A stretch of 62,315 nt of DNA, filler included, from Nemertoderma westbladi (Eukaryota; Animalia; Xenacoelomorpha), in assembly GCA_032718475.1 (NCBI GenBank). It is 3 parts of 3 records of this genome, joined end to end, with 100 filler letters (N's around TTAATTAATTAA, not from the genome) between each part and the next. Parts side by side here need not be neighbours in the genome. Positions count along the whole stretch, not along the records: positions 1 to 25,584 come from JAUCBJ010003319.1; positions 25,685 to 43,082 come from JAUCBJ010008583.1; 1 more part is not named here. One strand, given 5' to 3'. The notes below the pieces were generated by a model. It had not been told where the DNA came from. It was given only the letters and a program-made list of their open reading frames with translations, and searched no databases. The position numbers and the translations under genes are program-made. Shown piece by piece: positions 25,184 through 36,824 of this stretch (its first letter is position 1; each line of letters starts with the position of its first letter).

Positions 25184-25454
25184 CTGCCCCTGGTGGTCGC
25201 ACCATACCATATGGTATAGTTGGTTGCCTTGGGATCCCGAGCAACGAGGAAGGAGTTCCGAGCAGACTGGTTGGCCTCTGGTCGCCTGGCAACCCAGGGG
25301 CTCCCGAGGATAGCAACGGAGTCGCTTGTCGTAGTCCGGGTAACAGACCCATACCGGTAGGGATTCCCTGATTGGTCCCCGACGGCCGTGCCGATTTCTG
25401 CATCATTCTAGAATACGTATTTCGTCCGCTGTGCCCCGGCGTTATAAAACTAAC
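25184..25454 (-). CDS. RAVER1/2-like penultimate exon (end of RRM3 plus PTB-interacting motifs); rest of gene lies beyond the gap
   Basis: CTCCAG|VSFITPGHSGR resembles RAVER1 VSFCAPGPPGR; SLLGTP and SLLGIP resemble PRI motifs; donor G|GTGAG at 25183; 98-nt intron. Confidence 0.7.
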
Positions 25455-25584
25455 CTGGAGATTAGAAATAAAAACTTAAAAGTATAATAATTATTTAATA
25501 TCTGCAAAAAATAAGAATATTTGTTAACAAAGCTCGCGGAATTTTATTTTTATTCTACAGATAGTTAATAAATATTAGGAAACT

Positions 25585-25684
25585 NNNNNNNNNNNNNNNN
25601 NNNNNNNNNNNNNNNNNNNNNNNNNNNNTTAATTAATTAANNNNNNNNNNNNNNNNNNNNNNNNNNNNNNNNNNNNNNNNNNNN
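25585..25684. other. Artificial assembly linker N44-TTAATTAATTAA-N44
   Basis: Exactly 100 nt, central palindrome gives stops in all six frames, identical to 43083-43182. Confidence 0.97.
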
Positions 25685-26190
25685 AATCGGACATCTTGCC
25701 TTTCAAGAATACGGATGGAATTTCAAAGTCGGAAACCCTATCAACTATCAACAAGTATATGGAGATCATTATTCTCGATTATACTTTGACGGACCATTGA
25801 CCGCACCTGGCGTCGTGTATAGCTTCATGAGTGTTCCACTTCGTCCCTCATTAGCTATATACACTATCTTCGAAAACGCCGCACTTGCCGGTTGGCTAGC
25901 CGATGTGTGCAGTCGTACTATACGCGCCCACCCTTAATACTTGGAACCAAACTCACCAAGCTAGATGAACACAATAAATTCATCCGCTTCGAATGCTTCA
26001 GGAGCTTTCTGACTCCGTTCCGTAACGTTGATAGTCAGTTCAAGGACCGCGCTCTGACCAAGCTCAGCCTAAGAGACTCAGCTGCTGAGAAGTTGACAGC
26101 GGTGGATTCGCCATTTTCAAGGACGTTTGTATACAGAACTTACATTTCTCTGTTATACAAAGACCTCAAATCCCCACGGGTTATTCTATC

Positions 26191-26970
26191 GTGGAAGTTC
26201 AGACACTGGGTTCGCTTGAGGAGACAGCCACACCTACCTCAGCTATGCAATTGGAAGACGAACCAATATGCTTAGAATCCGAGGAGATTCAGCCCACCGC
26301 ACCTCGGAGCAGTGACAACGAATACGTCCTGGAATGGTATCAGGGTCCACAATGTCTCACCGCGTACGATTATCGGCTTGCCAATTATATCTCTAGGAAA
26401 CGTTGCCGATTATGTGCATCTCGAGACCATTTCACCCCTGTGGACTCCCACGTACCCTGCTCCTACTTCCATGAACAGCCTATGATGGAGATCTATTGTG
26501 CGTATTGTAGACTCAATAACTTGCACATTTTCGCAGTCTGCCCCCAATTTATGACTCAATGCCATCATTGTCAGTTTAAAGGACATGCAAGTTTTGATTG
26601 CCCTTTCAACCGCGATCTGGAAAGCGTAGATGAAATGATTACCCTACGCTACATTCGAGCCTGGGAAGCGAACGCGGATTTACATTGTGAGTCACGTCAT
26701 CGCTATTACGCTGGACGTGCCTACGAAGGAGTTTATGCGTTCCACCCGCATCTATTCGCATCCATTGAACAAAAATCTCGCACACAGAGTTACGAACTAA
26801 TGAAGCGTGTTGGCGAGAATATTTCGACCAAATTTGTTCGTAAATATCTCAGGAACATTAATCCCAACGATCTTAATTCCTATAACTTGATAAACTTCAT
26901 TCGTCAAGATCCGGAATATGGTGACTTGTTCATCAACTCGCATCCAGAACTACAGGAAGTTCATAGATGA
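26191..26970 (+). CDS. CCHC zinc-knuckle protein of the putative LTR element (possibly part of a frameshifted longer ORF from 25686)
   Basis: Perfect CX2CX4HX4C (CHHCQFKGHASFDC) plus variants CAYCRLNNLHIFAVC and CRLCASRDH; GTG start only. Confidence 0.6.
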   Translation: MEVQTLGSLEETATPTSAMQLEDEPICLESEEIQPTAPRSSDNEYVLEWYQGPQCLTAYDYRLANYISRKRCRLCASRDHFTPVDSHVPCSYFHEQPMMEIYCAYCRLNNLHIFAVCPQFMTQCHHCQFKGHASFDCPFNRDLESVDEMITLRYIRAWEANADLHCESRHRYYAGRAYEGVYAFHPHLFASIEQKSRTQSYELMKRVGENISTKFVRKYLRNINPNDLNSYNLINFIRQDPEYGDLFINSHPELQEVHR

Positions 26971-27411
26971 CCCTATGAATATAGAGCCCGAGAACGCGAG
27001 TTAGAAAGAACCATCAAACCGAGGAAATTTCTCACTACTCACGGTCCACCTACTGCTCTCGTGCAGACGACTCGTCAGGGACCAGTAAGAGCTGCTGTCC
27101 TGAAATGCGCTCTGAAGGTTGTTCGACCTCGTTCCACTGAGGTTGATATCGATCAACCGGGTACCTCGACCGGCGGATACACCGACTGTAATCCTAAACC
27201 TTCCGATGCAATTGTATTGCACCCCTCACCCAGGAGTTATAGCCCTCCTAGTAAAGTGGCTCGCCCCAAAGAGAAAAGGACTCTTGCTAGCCTCAAAAAA
27301 CTGCGTAAACGCCGTTCACGTAAGAAAGACCTAACTGTTTAGAGTATTTTTATATTTTAGAAACTGTGATTTTTATATTTTATAGAATTAAATCCCATTT
27401 TCTGGGAGCAG

Positions 27412-28078
27412 TGTAAAAGCTTTTGCGGATATAACAAGTCATTTTTCTCCGCAATGAACTGTGTAGTTGTTTTAGCGGACATAACAAGCCATTTTCTCCG
27501 CAATGTACCCTGTAGGTGTTTTAGCGGACATAACAAGCCATTTTCTGCCGCAATACGCCTAATACTCTAAAAGACTGGAACTCCGATGACGAAATCTGTC
27601 AGTTGATTTACTGTACACGTGGAGCCTCTCTTTGTTCAGGCTCGGCCAATCAGAGCGATTTTCATTTTATCTTGTACAGAGGCCTATGGAAAACCGCGCA
27701 ATGCATTACGGTCTTTGTTTACCTTTCTGAGCGAGAACAACTGCTTGGAAATTATTCTGTACTTCTGTGTTGGAAGTTTCAGACTTTGGCCAACATTAGA
27801 CAGCTTTGATTATAGGAACGTAAATCTATTACCTGGCCCTACTACACTGTGCAACTGTGCAACAAACCACAACAACTGCACCTGGCTGCAACTACGGTAC
27901 CGACATACTGACTTTCACCGCATTATTTTACTTCTGTTTACTGTCTGTTATTAATTGTTATATGTTGATGGATATGTTGTTATATTTGGAGAATACCGAT
28001 AAATAATCATAAAACCCCCAATCTTCTTGATTACTGAAGGTAAGAGGGACCGGTTACCGGTAGCAATTGTAACTAACA
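27412..28078 (+). repeat. Putative LTR (about 667 bp) with three roughly 50-bp U3 direct repeats
   Basis: TGT...ACA ends; repeats TTTTAGCGGACATAACAAGCCATTTTCTCCGCAAT near 27421, 27470, 27519; AAG|GTAAG donor at 28040. Confidence 0.5.
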
Positions 28079-28725
28079 TTATGGTGGTTTTAGTGTGAAT
28101 TAAATGCTATTTCATAATCCCTACATGTGTCAGTTGCTATCCTCCTTATATATGGTTAAATTCAGTGACGGTCGGCAGATCAGTGTGCAGCAGTGGGAAG
28201 TCGTATGCAGTAGTGTGACAGATAATAAAGCATCTCCTAAAGAATGCGCTATTTACGAAAATCAGTAGCCATCTCGTTGTGTGTAGTATAAGTCATAACT
28301 CTGTTTATATACTTAAAGCGCCACGTCCTAAAGGAACTGTTAATATTTCCCCGAAAGTGAATAATATTGTCAGAGATTATATAGTAACGATCAATCGAAT
28401 AATACAGTAGGTCTGCAACGCAATAACTTCAAAGCACCCGAATCCAGTCTCCCTTAACTGTGGGTGAATGGTCGCGCATAGACTGGCTTCGGCTAATGTT
28501 ACTTCATGTGCACTAAATAATTGTTATAGGCTAAAGTCGATTTATAAACAAGAGGACACCTAAAATTGGCAGGTTAAACTGCTAAAGGTCTGAAAGCGCG
28601 AACATAATTAGAATTTAATTGCTCTAAATGTTGGGTCGAAATGCCGGCGTTTAATGATTTCCCTAGAGAACTCCAACCCAACCACTACTGATCAGATGTG
28701 TGCAGAGGATTTACAGAATTTAAAA

Positions 28726-29349
28726 CCCTTTCGGTACCATGGCACATACGTCTGTTCAATGACATTTATTCGATTTCTAAGAAGGGAAAATGTTGCTGGA
28801 CTCTTTAAGTACATGCTTCTATATGTTAGCGGCGCATTTCAGCTTGTATCTACTGTAATTTAACTACGGTAGGCCCCGTAGGCCTACTGCAGACCTGCTT
28901 ACAGACTGCCAGACTGCAGCAATAAGGTAAACCCTGTTGTTAGTTTTCAAATTGTTTCAAATTGGACAGACTGACCGACAGACAGACCAGACCGACAGAC
29001 TGTCTGGATAGGGTAAAAAGCGAAAACTGACGGCGGGAATGAAATCCTTGACCAGGAAAACCCCCATAGCGAGAATTTTAATTAACTAATGTGATTCTTT
29101 ATATTTTTGACAGACAGACTGACCGACAAATAGACCGACAGACAGTCTGGATAGGGTCAAAAGTGAAAACTGACAGCGGAAATGGAATCCTTGACCAGGA
29201 AAACCCCTATAGTGAGAATGTTAGTAGATTTTATTATTTCTAAAGTCTTGACAGACAAACTGACAGAAAGACAGACAGACTTTAGAAATTCATGAATTAG
29301 ACTTGGGCATTTGGGGATTTGAATAATTTCAAGTTAGGTACCGAAAGGG
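28726..29349. mobile_element. piggyBac-like MITE
   Basis: Perfect 13-bp TIR CCCTTTCGGTACC / GGTACCGAAAGGG; right flank TTAA (left AAAA); internal duplicated block with (CAGA)-rich repeats. Confidence 0.7.
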
Positions 29350-29386
29350 TTAATAAACAATTTCAATTAATAATATTTCCTAACAG

Positions 29387-30043
29387 GTTAAAGAGTTGGA
29401 ACAACAGAATACAGAGTTGAAAGACCAGTTTATAGGGTTAAAACTGTATAAGCTAATAGCGCCTATCCTAAATGATGGGGTGACGATTCAACAAAGATCA
29501 GTTTGGAAACTGATTCAACAAAGAGTTGATGGATCTGTTGATTTCTATCGAAACTGGGATGAATATGTTGAAGGATTTGGCGACCCGAATACCAATTTTT
29601 GGTTGGGGTTGGAGACGATCCACAAGCTGAGTGAAGGCGGGGTGAAGTTGAGAGTCGATTTGTGGTTCACTGGAAGGGGGTGGGATGATAAAACCCAGCG
29701 GATGGTGCATTTCAACAACGAACACAAATACGCGGAATACGACAACTTCTCTATCGGATCAGCTGCAACTAATTATCGCCTACAGGTATCCGGTTACCAT
29801 GGTACTGCTGGTGACTCATTGGAGTATCACAACGGTCTCCCATTCACTACCAAGGACCGCGATAATGACAGGTGGGACGACGTCAACTGCGCCGTATATC
29901 ATACTGGGTCGTGGTGGTACAACAATTGCGCAAACAGTAACTTGAACGGAGAATATGGTGGGGGGGAAGATACAGGACCTTATTGGTATCGTTTTACTAT
30001 CTACAATCCGGCCTCTCGAGTTGAAATGAAGATTTGGATTTAG
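29387..30043 (+). CDS. Fibrinogen C-terminal domain (FReD/ficolin-like) terminal exon; upstream exons not identified
   Basis: Acceptor CCTAACAG|GTT; WKLIQQRVDGSVDFYRNWDEYVEGFG, FWLGLETIH, GTAGDSL, FTTKDRDND, NCA..H.GSWWYNNC..SNLNG. Confidence 0.88.
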   Translation, partial: VKELEQQNTELKDQFIGLKLYKLIAPILNDGVTIQQRSVWKLIQQRVDGSVDFYRNWDEYVEGFGDPNTNFWLGLETIHKLSEGGVKLRVDLWFTGRGWDDKTQRMVHFNNEHKYAEYDNFSIGSAATNYRLQVSGYHGTAGDSLEYHNGLPFTTKDRDNDRWDDVNCAVYHTGSWWYNNCANSNLNGEYGGGEDTGPYWYRFTIYNPASRVEMKIWI

Positions 30044-30194
30044 TAAAACTGTAAGTTTTATATAAAATTACTAAAAAATTCCAATAGAGTTGCGTTGGAA
30101 ACTAACTTTTACATTTAATTATAAATAATATTAATATAATGTAAAAAATTAATTATAAAAAATATTAAAATATAATATAAATAAAATATCTATC

Positions 30195-30352
30195 TTTATT
30201 GAACTGTTATTTGTTATTTTGTACGAGTAACTATTATTTCGTCCAAGGACTGTTATAACGTCCGACGCGAAGCCGAGGACTTATAACGATGACGAAATAA
30301 TAGTTACTCGTACAAAATATCCGTACAAAATAACAAATAACAGTTCAATAAA
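30195..30352. mobile_element. Palindromic fold-back MITE-like element
   Basis: About 49-bp arms TTTATTGAACTGTTATTTGTTATTTTGTACGAGTAACTATTATTTCGTC and its reverse complement around a CGAAGCCGAGG core. Confidence 0.65.
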
Positions 30353-32751
30353 TGTGTTGTCTCCCTGAGAAGGTTAACAATTCTAAAAGGGTTTTGTTTG
30401 GGGGAGAGTAAAGAAAATGGGGCATGGAATTTTTGGGGGATAATATAAATAACGGTATTTATTTATTACGGACTCTATTTAAAAAACACAATATTTTAGC
30501 GGGAAATAATCACAAGTAATAAAGGTAATTTAAGCGTTTTTATTTAATTTCTCTATGTAAATAGACTGACCATTGATAATATTACAGTAGAAAATTCCCT
30601 TCCTCAATATTTCGACTGCGGGCAGGTGACAGACTAATAAGTTTAATTGAATATTACTAATTGTTGCTCTTTCTTCATTGGCGGAAGACATATTTCACGG
30701 CTCGGTTCTCTCTGCGAAGTCAGTCTGTGAAGCTGATCCTCTCATGGGGGTTTTTGTTTAATATGGTGGTACAGGAGAACATTATAGATACATTGTGACA
30801 CAGCTGTAGATAATTTGGCAGAATGGTTGGTCAGCGTTTCTAAGAGATGGATCCACCGTTTTGTGAAACTCACTGCAAGGCACTCAGGACTTACGCGACG
30901 CCCATTCCCACCACTTTCATTCTCATACCTCTACCATCTGACTATTTAACATACAAACCATTCTAGAACATATTATGTATTTTGTTACATTATTATGACA
31001 ACTTATCAGCGTTCTGGTGATATCTCCGCAACGACCAAAGTACCATTTACAGCGTTGCGGCCTATAGGACGGAACCCTGTAAAGTATTCATAACTTAATA
31101 GCAATAAATAAACTCATAAACGTCTTGAGTGTTCTCAGTCTATCGATGAGAGCCATATTGTACTGTAAGTGTAACATTATTTACGTTACATTTGTTACAA
31201 TAACTGCAAGCAATTTCTTAAAAAGGATATCAATTTCACTTATATCACTAGAGAGTGAACATTTCAATATTAAATATAATAATTTTAAGCGTTGAAAACG
31301 CAGAAAAGTTTACATAATGTAACAAAATTACGCACCCAATACATCATTCAGCCATTGTGTGAAAAGGGCACTGTTCGGTTAACAGCGTTTATATTTATAT
31401 AAACCTCACTCGCTCCACTCGCTCGTTACATAAATACACTAGGGTCATAACTCTGAGAAGTGCTAGTTTTCACACAATCATGTAAATAGTTTTGTATTTC
31501 AAGAATATTAGTTAAATAAATGGTTTGGCGCGTCTTCACCCGCGTCCAATCTTCGTCTGATCGGGGGAAATAAGCAAATTACAGAAACGGCAGATTACAT
31601 ATGACTTTTTCTAACCAAACCAACAAACAATGTTGCAAATAATCATTTTGAGGGCGAAGCTTTCTCCGGCCGAAGTTTGCTGCGTACCAAATAAATGGCC
31701 ACATAAAACATCAGAGCAAATGCAATTAATGCCATGACAATATGCCAGTCAAGTCAGCCTGCGCTTTACATACATTACTCTTGTATTCTTGTATGCCGTC
31801 TTTCCAGCGGCAACAACAAAGCAGCAAAAAGATACCAATATTTCTTGATGTACAAAGGGTGCAATATTGAGGAGACACTTTTTGCAAACGCTTGCAAAGT
31901 AAGTAGTGAGAAAGTTAATTTATCCCACCTACCGAAAAATTCAAGTGCATACTGCCTACAGTATCTATATTTCAATGTTTTCCTGATATCATTAAAGATT
32001 TGTAAAAAAAAATAGCGGAGAGGGAGAGAGTTGCCCAGTTACGGGGCCGCATTCGTAATTACTGTGGCTAAGTGATAACCGTGAATACATACCAGAATAA
32101 CTTTAAAATTATTTATAATGGCCTAGTCTCTGTAGTAGCCTACATTGCGCTAAATGAAATGGGAAACTTAAAATTTTCTAGAATAATTGTAGGCCAATTT
32201 CATAATGTTCATGGGAATCCTTACCTTAGTATAATTATGTAAAAATGCTGTAGCTAATATTCTAGAAAGTTAATACAACTTGACGATTTCAAAAATGCTA
32301 TAAATTTCCGTACAATATAACACAATTAGCGTAAAAAATAAGTAACACTTTTAGTACGGTAATTTTGATATAATATACAGTAGGAATTATTACGGGATTT
32401 AGGGGAGACAAAATAATATATTTGCTGAAAAGTTAGTAATAATAATTAATAATAATGAGTTCCTGAATAATATCGTTTTTTACTATAAAATTATTTACTT
32501 TAACGTTTTTATTATTTATTTTGCAGTTTGAATTCCCAATAAGTTTTAGAAGAGACTGAACCTTGGCTATTCTGCTATATGTTACCAGTTTATATGTGTG
32601 ATGGTTATGGGTTATTGGTTTATGTTTGGTTAATATTTACAATATATTAATAAATTATAGTTGCCATTTATTTACTTAACTTGCTGTTAGACCAGTAGGG
32701 GCCGGTTTCAAATAAATCAACCTTAGCTAAGGTGCACCTTAAGTCCGGGTG

Positions 32752-33011
32752 AGTACAAAACGGAGACCGGAGATGGGAGACCCCCCAAGTACAAAATGGA
32801 GACCCCCCCAAGTACAAAAGGGAGACCCCCCAAGTACCAAAGGGAGACCCCCCCCCGCCCCCCCAAGTACAAAAGGGAGACCCCCCCCCCCCCAAGTACA
32901 AAAGGGAGACCCCCCCAAGTACAAAAGGGAGACCCCCCAAGTACAAAAGGGAGACCCCCCAAGTACAAAAGGGAGACCCCCCCAAGTACAAAAGGGAGAC
33001 CCCCCCCCCCA

Positions 33012-33055
<44 letters not shown>

Positions 33056-33120
33056 ACGGAGACCCCCCCAAGTACAAAAGGGAGACCCCCCCCCCCCAAG
33101 TACAAAAGGGAGACCCCAGT
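32752..33120. repeat. About 23-bp repeat GGGAGAC(C)nAAGTACAAAA interrupted by T41
   Basis: About 12 units with variable poly-C; poly-T at 33014-33054. Confidence 0.9.
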
Positions 33121-33361
33121 AGTATAGAATTGTATGAAACTGGACCAAAGTCACCCATAGCCCAGCATTACCATCCAATTTTAGTACTCCATCCAATCAG
33201 AAGCCACCATTTCAACCTTTACCAGTGGTCGTTATTATTTCATCCAATCAGATGCCAGCATTTCAACCGTAACCATGGCAACTTCTCAAGTTCCCGCATA
33301 TTCCGCTAGAGGCGTTATTAGTCATTATGGACAGTTGGCAGTTGGATTGAGTTGGATTGAG

Positions 33362-36095
33362 GCAGTTGGATTGGGCTGAGGCTGGTGGAAGGGTGGAGCT
33401 GGAGTCACAGCGGGTGGTATAGGGAGGAGCAGTTGGATTGGGCTGAGGCTGGTGGAAGGGTGGAGCTGGTGCCAGAGCGGGTGGTATAGGGAGGGGCTGT
33501 TGGATTGGGCTGAGGCTGGTGGAAGGGTGGAGCTGGAGTCACAGCGGGTGGTATAGGGAGGAGCAGTTGGATTGGGCTGAGGCTGGTGGATGGGTGGAGC
33601 TGGTGCCACAGCGGGTGGTATAGGAAGGGGCAGTTGGATTGGGCTGAGGCTGGTGGAAGGGTGGAGCTGGAGTCACAGCGGGTGGTATAGGGAGTAGCGT
33701 TTGGATATGGCTGAGGCTGGTGGAAGGGTGGAGCTGGTGCCACAGCGGGTGGTATAGGGAGGGGCAGCTGGATTGGGCTGAGGCTGGTGGAAGGGTGGAG
33801 CTGGAGCCACAGCGGGTGGTATAGGGAGAAGCAGTTGGATTGGGCTGAGGCTGGTGGAAGGGTGGAGCTGGAGCCACAGCGGGTGGTACAGGGAGGAGCA
33901 GTTGGATTGGGCTGAGGCTGGTGGAAGGGCGGAGCTAGAGCCACAGCGTGTGGTATAGGGAGGAGCAGTTGGATTGGGCTGAGGCTGGTGGAAGGGTGGA
34001 GCTGGAGCCACAGCGGGTGTTATAGGGAGGGACAGTTGGATTGGGCTGAGGCTGGTGGAAGGGTGGAGCTAAAGCCACAGCAGGTGTTATAGGGAGGAGC
34101 AGTTGGATTGGGCTGAGGCTGGTAGAAGGGTGGAGCTGGAGCCACAGCGTGTGGTATAGGGAGGAGCAGTTGGATTGGGCTGAGGCTGTTTGAAGGGTGG
34201 AGCTGGAGCCACATCGGGTGGTAGGGAGGAGCAGTTCGATTGGACTGAAGCTGGAGCCACAGCGGCTGTTATAGTGAGGAGCAGTTGGATTGGGCTGATG
34301 CTGGTGGAAGGGTGGAGCTGGAGCCACAGCGGGTGGTATAGGGAGGAGCAGTGGGATTGGGCTGAGGCTGGTGGAAGGGTGGAGCTGTAGCCACAGCGGG
34401 TGGTAGGGATGAGCAGTTGGATTGGGCTGAAGCTGGTGGAGCTGGAGCCACATCGGGTTTTATAGGGAGGAACAGTTGGATTGGGCTGAGGCTGTTGGAA
34501 GGGTGGAGCTGGAGCCACATCGGGTGGTAGGGAGGAGCAGTTGGATTGGACTGAAACTGGAGCCACAGCGGCTGTTATAGGGAGGAGCAGTGGGATTGGG
34601 CCTAGGCTGGTGGAAGGGTGGAGCTGGAGTCACAGCGGGTGTTTTAGGGAGGGACAGTTGGATTGGGCTGAGGCTGGTGGAAGGGTGGAGCTAGAGCCAC
34701 AGCAGGTGTTATAGGGAGGAGCAGTTGGATTGGGCTGAGGCTGGAGCAACAGCGGCTGTTATAGTGAGGAGCAGTTGGATTGGGCTGATGCTGGTGGAAG
34801 GGTGGATCTGGAGCCACAGCGGGTGGTATAGGGAGGAGCAGTGGGATTGGGCTGATGCTGGTGGAAGGGTGGAGCTGTAGCCACAGCGGGTGGTAGAGAT
34901 GAGCAGTTGGATTGGACTGAAGCTGGTGGAGCTGGAGCCACAGCGGGTGTTATAGGGAGGAGCAGTTGGATTGGGCTGAGGCTGTTGGGAGGGTGGAGCT
35001 GGAGCCACATCGGGTGGTATGGAGGAGCAGGTGGATTGGGCTGAAACTGGAGCCACAGCGTCTGTTATAGGGAGGAGCAGTGGGATTGGGCTGAGGCAGG
35101 TGGAAGGGTGGAGCTGGAGCCACAGCGGGTGGTAGGGAGGAGCAGTTGGATTGGGCTGAAGCTGGTGAAGCTGGAGCCACAGCGGGTGTTATAGGGAGGA
35201 GCAGTTGGATTGGGTTGAGGCTGTTGGGAGGGTGGAGCTGGAGCCACATCGGGTGGTATGGAGGAGCAGGTGGATTGGGCTGAAACTGGAGCCACAGCGG
35301 CTGTTATAGGGAGGAGAAGTGGGATTGGGCTGAGGCTGGTGGAAGGGTGGAGCTGGAGCCACAGCGGGTGGTAGAGATGAGCAGTTGGATTGGGCTGAAG
35401 CTGGTGGAGCTGGAGCCACAGCGGGTGTTATAGGGAGGAGCAGTTGGATTGGGCTGAGGCTGTTGGGAGGGTGGAGCTGGATCCACATCGGGTGGTATGG
35501 AGGAGCAGGTGGATTGGGCTGAAACTGGAGCCACAGCGGCTGTTATAGGGAGGAGCAGTGGGATTGGGCTGAGGCTGGTGGAAAGGTGGAGCTGGAGCCA
35601 CCGCGGGTGTTATAGGGAGGAGCAGTTGGATTGGGCTGAGGCTGGTGGAAGGGTAGAGCTGGAGCCACAGAGGGTGGTATAGGGAGGAGCAGTTGGATTG
35701 GGCTGAGGCTGGTGGAAGGGTGGAGCTGGAGCCACAGCGTGTGGTATAGGGAGGAGCAGTTGGATTGGGCTGAGGTTGGTGGAAGGGTGGAGCCGGAGCC
35801 ACAGAGGGTGCTATAGGGAGGAGCAGTTGGATTGGGCTGAGGCTGGTGGAAGGGTGGAGCTGGAGCCACAGCGTGTGGTATAGGGAGGAGCAGTTGGATT
35901 GGGCTGAGGTTGGTGGAAGGGTGGAGCTGGAGCCACAGCGTGTGGTATAGGGAGGAGCAGTTGGATTGGGCTGAGGCTAGTGGAAGGGTGGAGCTGGAGC
36001 CACAGCGTGTGGTATAGGGAGGAGCAGTTGGATTGGGCTGAGGTTGGTGGAAGGGTGGAGCCGGAGCCATAACGGGTGGTATAGGGAGAAGCGGT
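33362..36095. repeat. 67-bp G-rich minisatellite with a 239-bp higher-order section
   Basis: Unit GGAGCAGTTGGATTGGGCTGAGGCTGGTGGAAGGGTGGAGCTGGAGCCACAGCGGGTGGTATAGGGA; ORF-track stops recur every 134 and 239 nt. Confidence 0.96.
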
Positions 36096-36824
36096 TGCCC
36101 AGGTGACATCTCAAAAGTGCCTTTCAAATTGGTGCCTCTCAAAAGGTAGGTGCTAAAATGCACAACGAGCAACAATGAGCAATAATGAGCACCAATGAGC
36201 CACAACGAGCAAACACTGGGGAACTATGATAAATACACATCATGACTATTGGATAAACAGTAAATACAATACGTAAGTAGCTGTGTAACAGTAACTATAA
36301 TACAGTAACTTAACAGTACACCACTATATACTGTAGATTGAAGATACATTCATTGCACAGTATAATGTATACCAGTAATATACACCATGTCCTATGTAGA
36401 ATATAGTGTCGTTATTGAGGCGCGACCCCCCCCCCCCCCCCCCCCAGCCCAAATTTTTACACAATGCCTTTTTTTTTGCAGAATCGCACCTTTTTTGACG
36501 AACGGCAACGACACATATATTATTTATCTTTATCTTTTGCCGAGGCCCAACTTCACTTTTACGTTTTGTTCAAAGGCGCAATATGCGATAGTTAAAAAAC
36601 AATACACATACAGTACAGTATCATCACACAAATAAAACAGACCAAAACAAAACAATACGAATAAAATAATTGAGGCTATTACAATGTACAGTATTATGTA
36701 GCTATTTACAAAATGTGTAATAAAATTCAAGAAATTGTTCGTTAAATAATTAATAGAAAAAAATAATCTCCATTAATGTTCATCCATAATGTAGTTTAAC
36801 TTTAAAGAGGTGTGTCTTCATTAA

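Larger units (their letters stand above)
25685..28078 (+). mobile_element. 3' end of a probable LTR retrotransposon (internal ORFs plus LTR)
   Basis: Overlapping intronless ORFs, short purine tract GGGAGCAG (27404-27411), then TGTAA...TAACA (27412-28078); no second LTR or pol visible. Confidence 0.5.

Noticed and set aside
28040-29386. LTR splice donor joining the FReD acceptor as a chimeric gene
   Set aside because: In-frame TGA at 28028-28030 lies just before the donor and there is no ATG, so no productive fusion
33362-36095. Chi sites as evidence of bacterial origin
   Set aside because: One octamer multiplied by tandem amplification, in spliced animal gene context
32668-36205. Pro/Gly-rich ORFs resembling extensins or adhesive proteins
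   Set aside because: Translations of roughly 23-bp and 67-bp repeats whose period is not a multiple of 3; no splice or signal-peptide support
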